Origin: Leptospira sp.
GTDB taxonomy: Bacteria; Spirochaetota; Leptospiria; Leptospirales; Leptospiraceae
Direction of reading: 5' to 3'
NCBI GenBank assembly: GCA_034439575.1
Contig: JAWXAQ010000036.1
Span: 96,566 to 160,565 of the forward strand
DNA: 64,000 nt
Shown here piece by piece: positions 1-10,896 of this stretch. A program made the position numbers and the translations under genes. The notes beneath the pieces were generated by a model. That model was given only the letters and a program-made list of their open reading frames with translations, searched no databases and was not told the origin of the DNA. Within the stretch, counting starts at the first letter, position 1. Every line of letters begins with the position of its first letter.

Positions 1-147
1 AAATATAAAATTTGAATCTTTTGGAAATCTTTCGACAACATGTTGAATGATAGGCTTACCTTCAACTTGAATTAAAGGTTTAGGTTCTTTGTAACCAGCC
101 TTTAAAAATCTTTGCCCAGTGCCTGACATTGGAATTATTATTTTCAT
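1..147 (-). CDS. Sugar-phosphate nucleotidyltransferase (NTP_transferase family), N-terminal part; runs off the window edge
   Basis: Not in the ORF track. Own translation from ATG at 147: MKIIIPMSGTGQRFLKAGYKEPKPLIQVEGKPIIQHVV, the GxGxRF...PKPL nucleotidyltransferase signature; starts 2 nt after the upstream stop. Confidence 0.85.
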   Translation of the reverse strand, partial: MKIIIPMSGTGQRFLKAGYKEPKPLIQVEGKPIIQHVVERFPKDSNFIF

Positions 148-148
148 A

Positions 149-1216
149 TTATTTATTTTGCCTAAATTTTTCAGATTCCCAATTACCTAAATAAGCTAGT
201 TCACTTTTAGGTAATGTGATAATATCATTTTTACCAGCCAATTTCAAACTTAATAAATGCAATTTCATTACTTCTTCCATTTCTTTCGCCTTACGTAAGT
301 TTTTTGCGAAAAAGTGAAGTTTGCCATGCCAATATACAACTTTCGGAAGTTCATGATACTCAGTTTTGTATTTTAAAATTTCTTTTTTATCGAGAGTTTC
401 ATTAGCCATTAGAGCTTTAGCGCCATTAAAAACAAAACTATCGGGGAAAGTTGGATCAATATTTAAAAATTCAAAATTTGATTCTAAAATTGAGTTTATT
501 TCTTTATCATCTGATGAATAAAATATTCCAGTCATTTCACCTAGCGAGTGATACATTGAGTTGAGTGTTTCACTTTCTCGAAATTTTTTAAAATTATATT
601 CCAGTTTAGTTTCAAGTTCGAGTAAAATTTTTTCTAACAATCCCCAAGTTTCTAAATAAGTATCCCCATTTATAATCAATCCATGGTTTTTTAAAAAGAT
701 TACATTTGGTAATTCTTTAGAATTTTGTATTTTATCTAAAAGTAAAAGTGCGAGTTCAATACCAGGGGTTCCATAATCAACTATACATGCATCTGGAAAT
801 AATTCTTTTATCGTCTTGATTCCATTATCTGAAATTAAGAAAGGTAAAGTTTGTAATGGATGAACATGGAGAGTAAATTTTCGAAAGAAAACATGTAAAA
901 AAGTTTCGATGGAAGGACGCTGCGTTGTCGTTGAATTACTTTCCGTTAAAAGTTGATTCGCTTTCTTTTCTTTATCTTCTTTTGAAATTAAAGATATCCA
1001 ATCAATATTAGAAATTTGTTCCTTTAATGATAAATAATTTACGATAGAATAACCAGAATCCAAGGAAACTTCTGACAATAAACAACCTGATGATTTAATC
1101 CACATTGAACCATTATTATCTTTAACACTTGTATTGCCCCCACCAGCTTGTGTGAGATCTAATCTCATGCCAGCACGTTTTGACATAATCACAAAATCCG
1201 AAAAATCAGGATTCAT
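149..1216 (-). CDS. Class II aldolase/adducin-family protein
   Basis: QAGGGNTSVK, RPSIET, LHVHP and FLKNHGL metal-binding motifs. Confidence 0.8.
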   Translation of the reverse strand: MNPDFSDFVIMSKRAGMRLDLTQAGGGNTSVKDNNGSMWIKSSGCLLSEVSLDSGYSIVNYLSLKEQISNIDWISLISKEDKEKKANQLLTESNSTTTQRPSIETFLHVFFRKFTLHVHPLQTLPFLISDNGIKTIKELFPDACIVDYGTPGIELALLLLDKIQNSKELPNVIFLKNHGLIINGDTYLETWGLLEKILLELETKLEYNFKKFRESETLNSMYHSLGEMTGIFYSSDDKEINSILESNFEFLNIDPTFPDSFVFNGAKALMANETLDKKEILKYKTEYHELPKVVYWHGKLHFFAKNLRKAKEMEEVMKLHLLSLKLAGKNDIITLPKSELAYLGNWESEKFRQNK

Positions 1217-1901
1217 TTATAATAGTCCTTAGTTCAAAAAAGTTCTGGAATTGAGTAAATGATTTTTTCTCTTTGATAACATTTTCATGTTTTTGATTAA
1301 AATAAAAAGCAAATATTCCTACGTTAGTTGCACCAAGAATATCCTTTTCCCAATCGTCACCGATCATGCATACTTCGTTAGGTGACAATTTAACCTTATT
1401 GAGAGCATTTAAATACATATATGGATGAGGTTTTTCATGACCAGTTTCTTCGCTTGTTACGATTGATATATTTTTAGATTTTCCTAATCCAAGTGAGATT
1501 AATTTTTGAAATTGAATTTGGGATGTGAGGTCAGTGACAAAACAAATTGGAAAATTCTTAATTAATTCATAAAATTCCAACCAACCGGATTTGGGTTTCA
1601 TATTTGAAATAAAATTATCCCAATAGATTTTTTCGGCACCGAAAGCTATTTCTGGAACTGGAATCTGTAAATTTTCGCAAATGATTTGAAAATAAAACAA
1701 ACGACTGTGCGATTGCGCAGTCCCTCTATTTCTAAACTTATTAATAACTTTAGCTTCATCATATTGATTTTTCAATTCTGATATAGTTATTTGAGTTTTA
1801 TTCGCAATCCACTCTAAACTATTCTGGAGGGCGACTTTATGAACTGGTTCATAATCATAAATCGTATTGTCTATATCTATTAGAAAACCTTTATATTTCA
1901 T
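1206..1901 (-). CDS. HAD-superfamily phosphatase
   Basis: DIDNT motif I, EKPHP, MIGDDWEKDI; start placed at ATG 1901 (MKYKG) to avoid overlap with the upstream gene. Confidence 0.85.
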   Translation of the reverse strand: MKYKGFLIDIDNTIYDYEPVHKVALQNSLEWIANKTQITISELKNQYDEAKVINKFRNRGTAQSHSRLFYFQIICENLQIPVPEIAFGAEKIYWDNFISNMKPKSGWLEFYELIKNFPICFVTDLTSQIQFQKLISLGLGKSKNISIVTSEETGHEKPHPYMYLNALNKVKLSPNEVCMIGDDWEKDILGATNVGIFAFYFNQKHENVIKEKKSFTQFQNFFELRTIINES

Positions 1902-1905
1902 ATTG

Positions 1906-3939
1906 TTATCCTCGTCGTCTAAGACGATCACTTATAAATAACATTAATATATAATTCCTAATTGATGTTAATCCATCACTCCATTCAATTCCATCTGATA
2001 TAATCTCTTCTTTGTTAAGAACTGATTCGTCTAGAATAGGCTTTAAATCAATAATCGATGTTAAATTAGATATATTCAATATTTGTTTGCTAAGATCTAT
2101 TTCATAGTCATGTGAATGTTGGAGTTTGTTTTTTTCTAAAAAATCAATTAGTGGTTCCAAATTTAAAGACGAATCAAGCCTAATTTCGAGTGAAACTTTT
2201 GGTCTATGATCCATATTGCCAATTTCAAAATCATCATCTGAATACAAACGGAAAACAATATCCGCAAATTCTTTTTGCGGATAAATAAACTTCTGAGCAT
2301 CTTCATTCCGTTTATTTATCTGTTCTAATATTTTTTCTATGGAATAACCTCTCTCTTTACTATCACGAATAATTTTCCAATGTTGTCTTAATTTTTCATC
2401 AGTATCCAAATATATTTTTAAATCGAGAGCCTTTCTTGAAATAGGTAAATAGAAAGTATGTAAACCGCTAATTAATATAAAATCCTTTGAACGAACTCTT
2501 TTTGGGTGTGTAAATTTTCCTGTATGATGGTCATAATCAGTTCTTAGAATTTCATCTCGACTTTTTAATTGCAAAATTTGTTCGGCTTGTCTGTGCAGAA
2601 AATTTGCTTTAGGATTAAGATGTGTTAATTCATCCCATTTATCATGACCTCGTTCCCACTTGTGATCTCCGTCACCTTCTAATTCTACGACTCTATCAGA
2701 TGATAAAAGTTTTTTTAATGCATTCAGTAATGAAGTTTTTCCAACACTACTATCTCCGGCTATACCAATTACAAATGGTTGTTGGAATTTATATATAGAA
2801 TTACTGAGAATGCCATACCTGTATAAGGCAAAAATAAAAAGTGAAAGGGTTGCCTCCATTCCTGTAAATGTAATATTTTTGAAAAATTCTGAATTAATTT
2901 TTAATGAAATGGGAGTTCCTAAAAATTTTAAATCTGATATATTTGAACGAAAGAAAAAAATACTATATGATAATATTAGAATGTTTAATAATCCAAAAAG
3001 AATATATATGTTAAAGTTTTTCTTTTGCTGTTTTGCTATAAATATTGTTACAAACGGTAGAATCCATATAAACCAACCCGGTGCTGGAACGATTAAAGAT
3101 ATTAGCACAAAGAACAAAATTCCCAAAAAGTTAAGAAATAAATCTGCATTAATCTTTTGGTAACTAAAAAAACGAGCATAAAGTATAGTGAGTGCGAATA
3201 TAGGTAAAATTAATTTTAAATCTCCCATCCTATAGTAAACATCGTATGCTCGCGCTTGTTGTTCATTCGCGAGAACGAAATGTTGAAAGCCTTTGGAGTC
3301 TAAAAATGGACATATGAAAATAAAAATCGGAAATAAAAGGATTAACAAGTAGTAGATGGAAAACTTCTTTTCATAATTTTTAAATATATAAATAAGTAAG
3401 ATTGGAAGTGCGGCAATAACATGAAATTTAGTACTGAAGCTTAAGCCAAACAGTAAAGCGGATTGCCATAATTTCGCTTTCATTAAAAAATAGATCGAAA
3501 AAATTAATAGAGCAGTCGGGATCAGATCCAATTGAGAGTGAATAAAATTTGCATAGAGAATGATGGGAGATAAAAAATAAAATATAAGTATTTCCTTTTT
3601 TTTTGAAGGAATGATTTTTAATAGTATAATATAGGTTAGAATATCAAAAACCAATAAACTAAGTTTTGATATAAAAATTGCCAAGTAATGTCCTTGTCCA
3701 AATAAACAATTTCCAATAAAAACGAATGGAGTTAACACGAATAACATGAGAGATCCATATGGAAAAGGAGATGGTAAATTAGGATCCCAGTTTCCTAAAT
3801 AAAGGTTCCAAGGATTCAAGCCAGTCTTAATAAAATCAGAAATAAATGGGTAAAATAAATTATCAAAATAATCCGAAGAAAAAAAATACAAAAATGATAT
3901 TTTGACAAGTATAATTAGATAAGTGCTTAATAATTTCAT
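1906..3939 (-). CDS. Fusion of a polytopic membrane GT-C-like glycosyltransferase domain and a phosphoribulokinase/uridine-kinase P-loop domain
   Basis: About 380 aa hydrophobic N-terminus with PFPY, SPIILY..HSQLD and STKF motifs; C-terminal GIAGDSSVGKT, EGDGDHKWER, YDHHTGKF, RDSKERG. Confidence 0.7.
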   Translation of the reverse strand: MKLLSTYLIILVKISFLYFFSSDYFDNLFYPFISDFIKTGLNPWNLYLGNWDPNLPSPFPYGSLMLFVLTPFVFIGNCLFGQGHYLAIFISKLSLLVFDILTYIILLKIIPSKKKEILIFYFLSPIILYANFIHSQLDLIPTALLIFSIYFLMKAKLWQSALLFGLSFSTKFHVIAALPILLIYIFKNYEKKFSIYYLLILLFPIFIFICPFLDSKGFQHFVLANEQQARAYDVYYRMGDLKLILPIFALTILYARFFSYQKINADLFLNFLGILFFVLISLIVPAPGWFIWILPFVTIFIAKQQKKNFNIYILFGLLNILILSYSIFFFRSNISDLKFLGTPISLKINSEFFKNITFTGMEATLSLFIFALYRYGILSNSIYKFQQPFVIGIAGDSSVGKTSLLNALKKLLSSDRVVELEGDGDHKWERGHDKWDELTHLNPKANFLHRQAEQILQLKSRDEILRTDYDHHTGKFTHPKRVRSKDFILISGLHTFYLPISRKALDLKIYLDTDEKLRQHWKIIRDSKERGYSIEKILEQINKRNEDAQKFIYPQKEFADIVFRLYSDDDFEIGNMDHRPKVSLEIRLDSSLNLEPLIDFLEKNKLQHSHDYEIDLSKQILNISNLTSIIDLKPILDESVLNKEEIISDGIEWSDGLTSIRNYILMLFISDRLRRRG

Positions 3940-4478
3940 TTTTTAATTTATAAGGCAGTAACTTTAGTGTTTCGATCTTGATTCAAATTTTTCAATTCCA
4001 TTCAATTAGTCGATCATTTTTGATCTGAAATATTTCAGTTTAGAATTTTTAGAAGTAAAGAACTGAAGTTGATTCGAATTCCTTTTTTGGTTTTAGATAA
4101 AAATATTAAGCGAAAATTAAATCTATGATCAATTTATTTTTGACTCAAAGAATTTGAAAAATCAAATAACACTTGTACATGTTATATGACAATATAAACA
4201 AATAAAATTTTTTGAAAAATATACAGTTTTTATTAAAAATATTGTAAGAATATTAGGTATCCTCTTTTTCTCTTTTTAAGTTCTACAGCAACAAATTTTT
4301 CAATCAAGCTCACCTTCACGTATTGGTACGGGAGAAAATCCACCAAGAAAGTGAAATACTGTTTCTTTTGTGATTAATAAATATAATATAAAACTAAATT
4401 GGCACTTTAAAATTTAATTCTAAAAAGTTCGATTTGATGAAAATTAATCGTCTTTATAGTTAGCCTTATATTTTAAAT

Positions 4479-7214
4479 ATGGAAAGTCTTAAATCGAAGA
4501 TATTACAGTTTGTCCGCGAATTGCTATTGATTTTCTTTGTTACAATCGTTTATTTGATCGCTGGCAAAATGAGTCTAAATTTAGCTTCCTTGGATGGCTA
4601 TAGTACCCCAGTTTGGCCACCTGCAGGGCTTGCACTCGGATTTGCTGTTATATTTGGAAAGAAAGTTTGGCCTGCTATTTTTTTAGGAGCCCTTTTTACA
4701 AACACTCCTCAGATTTCTTCCTTCGAAAATTTTATTTCCTTAATACTTCAAAATCCACAAAATATAACCATTTCTTTAGGTAATGCGACATCTGCTTTGC
4801 TTGGTGCTTTTCTATTGAAGAAATACAGCGATTCAAATTTAAATTTATTTCAAATTCATCAAATTATTATATTTTTTGTATTCGCTGGACCCTTAAGCTC
4901 CGTCATAGCTGCGTTAATAGGTAGTTTATCTCTATACTATTTTCATATTATATATTTTGAATATCTCTTTCAGGCTTGGCTTACTTGGTGGATGGGTGAT
5001 TCTATCGGTATCATCATTTTTGCTCCACTAGTAATTCTGATTTGGAAGTGGTATAATAAAGAAGAAAGTTTAATCAGACTTTCTATTTTTGCATCTGCAA
5101 TAATTGGAACTTTTACTTTCACAATAATGATTTTTTTCTTAACTAGAAGTTGGGAAAAGGACTTTTTATCAAATAGAATTAAAGCAGATGGGATAATTAT
5201 AGCGAAGTCGATAATATCTCGTTTTCATGAACATCAAAGTATAGTTAGATCTTTGGCATCATTTATTTCATTATCAGAAACTCTCGACAAAAGGAAATTT
5301 GAAACATTTGCTAAAGAAAGTTTAGCAGAAGCAGATAGTGTTACAGGGCTATCATGGAATCCAATGATCCAACATACAGATAGAAATTATCATGAAAAAA
5401 TAATGAAAGCTGATTATGAGAATTCAATTGGAATAACAGTCCTGGAAGATAAAAAAATAATATTATCCCCAAAATTTGAAGAGTATGTTTATGTGAAATA
5501 TATTTATCCTTATGAAGAGAATAAACAGGCATTAGGTCTCAATATTTTTTCGGATAAAGAAAGAAAAGAGGCATTACTTAGTTCAATGGAAAGAAATGCA
5601 TTCGAAACCACTTCACGAATTTCTCTTGTGCAGGATCATCAAAATAATTTTGGTCTCTTGTTTTTTTATCCTATAACTTCTGCCCGCGATAGAAAAGGGT
5701 TTGCTACAGCTGTTGTTCGCATATCTACAGTTATAGAGAAAGCCTTAGCAGGTTTCGAACAGGATGAAATATGTATTAAAATTCAAGAATCAAAAACGAA
5801 CGGAGAAAGTATAATTTTTTCAAAAAATTGTTTAAATTCTGATGAAAAAATTTTCGAAGAATATACTTATTTTCAAAACATTCCACTCGGAACTCATATA
5901 CTCAATGTTAAACTGCAAGCTACCAAAAAATACTTTATTGCCAATTTAACAAATGCATCGCGATTTATTTTAGTTATCTCTTCTATTCTCACTGGCTTAC
6001 TCGGAATTCTAGTTTTGATAGTAATGGGCAAAGAAAAAAGCATACAAGATATTGTTGAAAAAAGAACTTTTGAATTAGAAAATGCAAACAAAGTAAAATC
6101 GGAATTTTTAGCCAATATGAGTCATGAGATTCGAACGCCAATGAATGGTGTTTTGGGTATGCTCACTTTATTAGAAATGACAAAGATTGATAATGATCAG
6201 AAGGATTATATAGAAAATGCTAAAAAATCAGTTATTTCACTTCTAATTATAATTAACGATATATTAGATGTTTCAAAAATGGAAGATAAAAAATTAGAGA
6301 TAATTCCATTAGCAACTAACATAAATAAACTCTGTCGGGATGTTCGATTACTTTTTGAATCAGATACTATACATAAAAATTTAAATTTTCATTTGAATTT
6401 AATGAATTATGATTCGGACTTAATTGCTTTAGTAGATGAGAATAGATTAAGACAAATATTAATCAATTTAATAGGCAATGCAATAAAATTTACATTTCAA
6501 GGTTCAATCAGTTTAGAAGTAAAATTAAATGAGGATGAATCATTTCTAATCTTTAAAATCATTGATACTGGAATAGGTATTTCTGAAGAAAATATTCATC
6601 GACTCTTTGATCGATTTGTCCAACTCGAAGATGCAAGGACAAAAAAATTCGAAGGTTCAGGATTGGGTTTGTATATTTCGAAACAACTTGTTAACATGAT
6701 GGGTGGAGAAATTTCAGTGGATAGTAAACTTCATTTTGGGTCTACTTTTCAATTTACAATTCCCTTTGTTAAAAATGATAAACTTAGCATTGATGTAATG
6801 AATCCCTTGCCGAATTCTTTGGAATTAAGAAAAAATATCAGAATCTTAGTAGTGGAAGATAATCTTTTAAATCAAAAATTTGTGCTAAAAGTTTTAGAAA
6901 AAGAGAGAATAGAAGTCTCTCTTGCTTCAAATGGAAACGAAGCAATAGGTTTATTAGATGAATCAATGCAAAAGAATACGGATAAATTTAATTTGATTCT
7001 TATGGATATTCAGATGCCTATCTTAGATGGACTTGAGACTACAAAATTAATTCGAAAAAGATCAGATATTTATTGCACTATTCCGATCATTGCCCTAACA
7101 GCGAATAGCATGGATTCACAATTAAACGAATATTTTGAGAACGGAATGAATGCCTGTGTTAAAAAACCTATTATACTATCTGAGCTGTTGGGAACTATTT
7201 ATAAATGGACTTAA
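4479..7214 (+). CDS. Hybrid sensor histidine kinase (MASE1-CHASE-HisKA-HATPase-REC)
   Basis: PVWPPAG and WWMGD (MASE1); FLANMSHEIRTPMNG; NAIKFT; GSGLGL; LILMDIQMP. Confidence 0.92.
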   Translation: MESLKSKILQFVRELLLIFFVTIVYLIAGKMSLNLASLDGYSTPVWPPAGLALGFAVIFGKKVWPAIFLGALFTNTPQISSFENFISLILQNPQNITISLGNATSALLGAFLLKKYSDSNLNLFQIHQIIIFFVFAGPLSSVIAALIGSLSLYYFHIIYFEYLFQAWLTWWMGDSIGIIIFAPLVILIWKWYNKEESLIRLSIFASAIIGTFTFTIMIFFLTRSWEKDFLSNRIKADGIIIAKSIISRFHEHQSIVRSLASFISLSETLDKRKFETFAKESLAEADSVTGLSWNPMIQHTDRNYHEKIMKADYENSIGITVLEDKKIILSPKFEEYVYVKYIYPYEENKQALGLNIFSDKERKEALLSSMERNAFETTSRISLVQDHQNNFGLLFFYPITSARDRKGFATAVVRISTVIEKALAGFEQDEICIKIQESKTNGESIIFSKNCLNSDEKIFEEYTYFQNIPLGTHILNVKLQATKKYFIANLTNASRFILVISSILTGLLGILVLIVMGKEKSIQDIVEKRTFELENANKVKSEFLANMSHEIRTPMNGVLGMLTLLEMTKIDNDQKDYIENAKKSVISLLIIINDILDVSKMEDKKLEIIPLATNINKLCRDVRLLFESDTIHKNLNFHLNLMNYDSDLIALVDENRLRQILINLIGNAIKFTFQGSISLEVKLNEDESFLIFKIIDTGIGISEENIHRLFDRFVQLEDARTKKFEGSGLGLYISKQLVNMMGGEISVDSKLHFGSTFQFTIPFVKNDKLSIDVMNPLPNSLELRKNIRILVVEDNLLNQKFVLKVLEKERIEVSLASNGNEAIGLLDESMQKNTDKFNLILMDIQMPILDGLETTKLIRKRSDIYCTIPIIALTANSMDSQLNEYFENGMNACVKKPIILSELLGTIYKWT

Positions 7215-7247
7215 GTTTCATTTTTTAAAATAAATCTTTTTAATTAT

Positions 7248-8045
7248 TTATACATTTGATTTTTGATATTCTTCAGGGGTAAGGCCAATTGTTTTTTTAA
7301 AATCTTTAATAAAGTGAGACTGATCAAAATAATTCATATCTAAAGCAAAATCAGCATAATTAATTTTATTTGCTTTCTCCAACCGTTCTGCTGCTTCATG
7401 AAGCCTGAACCTTTGGATTACCCATTTGGGTGTGGCTCCCACATATACATGAAATAGTCTTTGGATCTTTCTTTCACTCATTGTAAATATTTTTGCCAAT
7501 TGGTTTACAGTTTGAATACTACGATGGGATTTAATTTTCTCTATAATTTGATTTATAATTAGTATATTAGGATCGTTATCGGGTAGAATTGACTCTAACC
7601 AATTTTCGATATATTTAATTTTCTCAAAGTCTGATTGCAAAGATAAAATTTTATTATCTAATGTTATATTATAAGACTTTAATATAGTTTTTGTAACGTA
7701 AGTTTTATTACTAAGATTGCTTATATTTTGTTTGCAAAAAGGGTAGAATGCTCCAGGGCGAAATTTTACTCCAAATACGGAACCTTTGCCACTCAAAAGA
7801 ATTGAAAATTTTTTTTTCATAACACCATATATTTTTGATCCATTATTATCAAAAACGATGTGTACGCTAGGAAAGGGAAGAGTCTCAGCAAGGAATGGAT
7901 TTTTTCCAGTTAAATCCCATTTTACACTCCAATAATGTTCAATGAAAAATTCAAATTTTTGACTTGGGAAAAATCTGGCACTTTGCGTTGCACTGTTGTT
8001 TTTAGTTTGACGAAGGACTCCTCTTGTAGCTTTACCTTTTTCCAT
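7248..8045 (-). CDS. AraC-family transcriptional regulator
   Basis: C-terminal HTH SERKIQRLF...YFDQSHFIKDFK...GLTP; N-terminal GVKFRPG. Confidence 0.9.
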   Translation of the reverse strand: MEKGKATRGVLRQTKNNSATQSARFFPSQKFEFFIEHYWSVKWDLTGKNPFLAETLPFPSVHIVFDNNGSKIYGVMKKKFSILLSGKGSVFGVKFRPGAFYPFCKQNISNLSNKTYVTKTILKSYNITLDNKILSLQSDFEKIKYIENWLESILPDNDPNILIINQIIEKIKSHRSIQTVNQLAKIFTMSERKIQRLFHVYVGATPKWVIQRFRLHEAAERLEKANKINYADFALDMNYFDQSHFIKDFKKTIGLTPEEYQKSNV

Positions 8046-8067
8046 TTATCAGTTCTCTTTTTTATAA

Positions 8068-8084
8068 TTGTCGTGTTTTTACAA
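8068..8084. promoter_or_regulatory. Putative operator between divergent AraC and SRPBCC genes
   Basis: TTGTCGTGTTTTTACAA (TTGT-N9-ACAA) in the 93-bp divergent intergenic region. Confidence 0.4.
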
Positions 8085-8138
8085 TCAAAATACAACCATA
8101 TGTTATAAACTGAATATGTATTAGGAAGGAAAACATTT

Positions 8139-8573
8139 ATGAAATTGAATCATAATTTAATATTAACTATGGAGAAAGATATTGTTTCTACTATAGAAAA
8201 AGTCTGGGAAATTTTGACAGAACCGAAATACATCAAAGAATACCTATATGGAACTGAAGCGATTTCGGATTGGAAAGAAGGAAGTTCACTTATTTTTAAA
8301 GGAGAATGGGAAGGGAAGGCTTACCTAGAAAAAGGAACAATTCTTGAATTTCAAAAACCAGAAAAATTCTCATATTCCTATTTCACATTGTTTTATGAAT
8401 TGCCGGACCTTCCTGAAAATTATGCAAAGATTGAGAACAAACTAACAGAAAAAAATGGAATTGTAACTTTACAATTAACGCAAACTGGATTTGTGTCTGA
8501 GGAAAAATTAAATCATTCGATCCAGAATTGGAATCAGTGTTTAGAAATTATTAAGAATATTGCAGAAAAATAA
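8139..8573 (+). CDS. SRPBCC/AHSA1-domain protein
   Basis: EKVWEILTEP...SDWKEGS...NWNQCL pattern. Confidence 0.8.
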   Translation: MKLNHNLILTMEKDIVSTIEKVWEILTEPKYIKEYLYGTEAISDWKEGSSLIFKGEWEGKAYLEKGTILEFQKPEKFSYSYFTLFYELPDLPENYAKIENKLTEKNGIVTLQLTQTGFVSEEKLNHSIQNWNQCLEIIKNIAEK

Positions 8574-8605
8574 AGACATTCTTCTTTGACGGATTATAGC
8601 TGTAT

Positions 8606-9181
8606 CTAAACTCGTAATGATCCTCTAAACCCTCGCACTGCATAATAAGATTGGGCACCATTGTGATAAACAAATACTTGTCCATAGCGATAATCTGCAA
8701 AGAGGGCACCACCGAGATCACGGATGTTTGTGGGGGTTTTAATCCAACTAGAAGTTTTTTGGTCAAATTTTCCTAACTTTTGTAAGTCGCGGTATTCATC
8801 TTCAGATAAAAGTTCGATACCGATTTCCTTAGCTAAATCGATGGCACTATGTTCAGGTCTATGTTCTTTTCGCGATTCAAGGCCTTCGCGGTCATAACAA
8901 ACACTTCTGCGACCGGTAGGGGTCTCTGCAGAACAATCTACAAAGATAAATTCATCTGTCTTTTTATCATAGCCGACAACATCTGGTTCACCGCCTGTTC
9001 GTTCCATCTCGAATAAGGAAAAAAGCTTTTTAGAATTACCATTTAACTTCGATTCTATTTTTTTCCATTCCAATCCCTTATGTCGATTTTTGTTTTTTTC
9101 AAAACGTATTTTTAAGGCTTCAAGTAAATCTTGGATTTGTTTTGGCGATAATTTCTTTTCTGGGTTGTTCGATTTTTTCAT
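8606..9181 (-). CDS. DUF4256-family protein
   Basis: MERTGGEPDV, GRRSVCYD, YHNGAQSYYAVRGFRG. Confidence 0.8.
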   Translation of the reverse strand: MKKSNNPEKKLSPKQIQDLLEALKIRFEKNKNRHKGLEWKKIESKLNGNSKKLFSLFEMERTGGEPDVVGYDKKTDEFIFVDCSAETPTGRRSVCYDREGLESRKEHRPEHSAIDLAKEIGIELLSEDEYRDLQKLGKFDQKTSSWIKTPTNIRDLGGALFADYRYGQVFVYHNGAQSYYAVRGFRGSLRV

Positions 9182-10242
9182 ACTTTAGCTCCACTTTCAT
9201 TAATCAATGCTACAACTTCCATTGCTTCCTTTTTTCCGCGGAGGGGTGTTGGCCCTAAGGGTTTTGTTTTCCATTCTAATGGTAAGTCCAATTGACTGGA
9301 AAGTGTTTCTGATACAATGAGACGATCATTTGTTATTCGGCAATGTCCCGCCAAACGTGCTGCCGTATTCATGACATCACCTACATGAACGATTTCTTGT
9401 TTCAAGTCTCCCATCTCCCCAGTCATCACCAAGCCAATATGCATACCTGCTCTGTATTCTGGAATATTTTGGTATTCACTTTTATAAAAATTTTGTCTAT
9501 CCGTCAATTGTTTATCAAGTAATGTAAAAAGCTTTATACAATTCGAATTATTCAATCCTTCTTTTTTAGGCCAAGTTAGAATGATTTCATCTCCTACATA
9601 TTTATAAATTTCAGCACCTGTTTCTAGAATGGGTTCTGTGAATTCATTAAAGAAAGAATCTAAAAATCGCAAAAATTTCTCATCACCTAATTCCTCTGCG
9701 ATACGCGTTGAAGAAGCTATATCTAAAAATAGAATGATTCTTTCTTCAGCCCTTGGAGTGTGATACCGACCTGTGATAAAACTTGTAAGTATCCTTGGAC
9801 CTAGAAGATGGTTGACTTGTAAAAAAAAATGGAACAAGACGGATCCAACAATAGCCATGGTAAGGGCTTGCATAAAATGAAGTCGTTCGATTTCGCCTTT
9901 CACTGGAAATAGAATGAAATGATCATATTCCATAATATATCTGCCTGTCGCCCGCCCGATCAAAATTAGCAAAACATATGCTAGGCTATGTAAAAGAACA
10001 TTAGTAGTAAAGTTTAATCGTTTGAAATATTTTTTAAGTAAAAACTCCGTGAGAATTAAAGTGTAAGAACTTAAAAGAAAAACGATTAAAAATCCATCGA
10101 TAATTCCATTAAAAACATTTCGAATTTCTATCTGACTTGTGGAATAAGCTTGATAAGTACTTAATATTGATCCCAAAAAGGCGGCAGTCATAGAAAGTTT
10201 CAATACCGTTAATGATTGTTTATTCCATTTATTACTCTGCAT
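9178..10242 (-). CDS. Membrane-bound class III adenylate/guanylate cyclase
   Basis: N-terminal TM helices; FLDIASST, YKYVGDE, GDVMNTAARL. Confidence 0.88.
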   Translation of the reverse strand: MQSNKWNKQSLTVLKLSMTAAFLGSILSTYQAYSTSQIEIRNVFNGIIDGFLIVFLLSSYTLILTEFLLKKYFKRLNFTTNVLLHSLAYVLLILIGRATGRYIMEYDHFILFPVKGEIERLHFMQALTMAIVGSVLFHFFLQVNHLLGPRILTSFITGRYHTPRAEERIILFLDIASSTRIAEELGDEKFLRFLDSFFNEFTEPILETGAEIYKYVGDEIILTWPKKEGLNNSNCIKLFTLLDKQLTDRQNFYKSEYQNIPEYRAGMHIGLVMTGEMGDLKQEIVHVGDVMNTAARLAGHCRITNDRLIVSETLSSQLDLPLEWKTKPLGPTPLRGKKEAMEVVALINESGAKV

Positions 10243-10374
10243 GATCCTACCTATTTATAATTCCGCATACATAAAGCAAGGCCAAAGTTCACCTAACAAA
10301 ATATTTTAATTTTAATTCTTAATTATTGTTGAAGTAATCATTTTCAATGTAATGATAGCCAGAGATAAAACGAA

Positions 10375-10836
10375 ATGTCTCGAACAAAAGAACAAAAAAC
10401 TTCGCGCCTTATTGATACTGCATTTGCCTATTACTTTCATAGAACAGATCGCCTATTAAGACTCCATTTTACTAAACTCATGTCTGAATTTAAAGAAGAT
10501 ATCACGGTGGAACAATGGATTCTACTTAATCAGCTTTCGGCAACTGGTTCTGCTTCCCAAACAGATCTGGTCGATAAAACTTTTAAAGATAGGCCGAACG
10601 TAACTCGTTTATTGGATGGTTTAGAAAAAAGGGACTTAGTGCAAAGGGAAGACGACCCCAGTGACAGGAGAAAATTTCAAATAATATTAACAAAAAAAGG
10701 AAAATCCCTTTTGGATAGGACGGTTCCACTTATGCTAAAAGAAAGAAAAAATATCTATAAAGGTCTTAGTGATTCCGATTTACAGGTATTAAAAAAAATT
10801 TCTGAAACGATTGAAAACAATATTTTGACTATCTGA
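10375..10836 (+). CDS. MarR-family regulator
   Basis: ITVEQW, NVTRLLDGLEKR, DPSDRRK...LTKKG. Confidence 0.9.
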   Translation: MSRTKEQKTSRLIDTAFAYYFHRTDRLLRLHFTKLMSEFKEDITVEQWILLNQLSATGSASQTDLVDKTFKDRPNVTRLLDGLEKRDLVQREDDPSDRRKFQIILTKKGKSLLDRTVPLMLKERKNIYKGLSDSDLQVLKKISETIENNILTI

Positions 10837-10896
10837 ATCAAATATGCTTCTCGTTTCAGAATCTAATTATATGAGCTATCTTCAATAATAGTTAAC

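Noticed and set aside
2810-3163. 117-aa plus-strand ORF and the many other short antisense or nested ORFs in the track
   Set aside because: They lie within well-supported genes on the other strand or frame and have no recognisable motifs
4260-4360. Weak resemblance (GTATTGGT-ACGG) to mreB as a possible second scar
   Set aside because: Match too short to distinguish from chance
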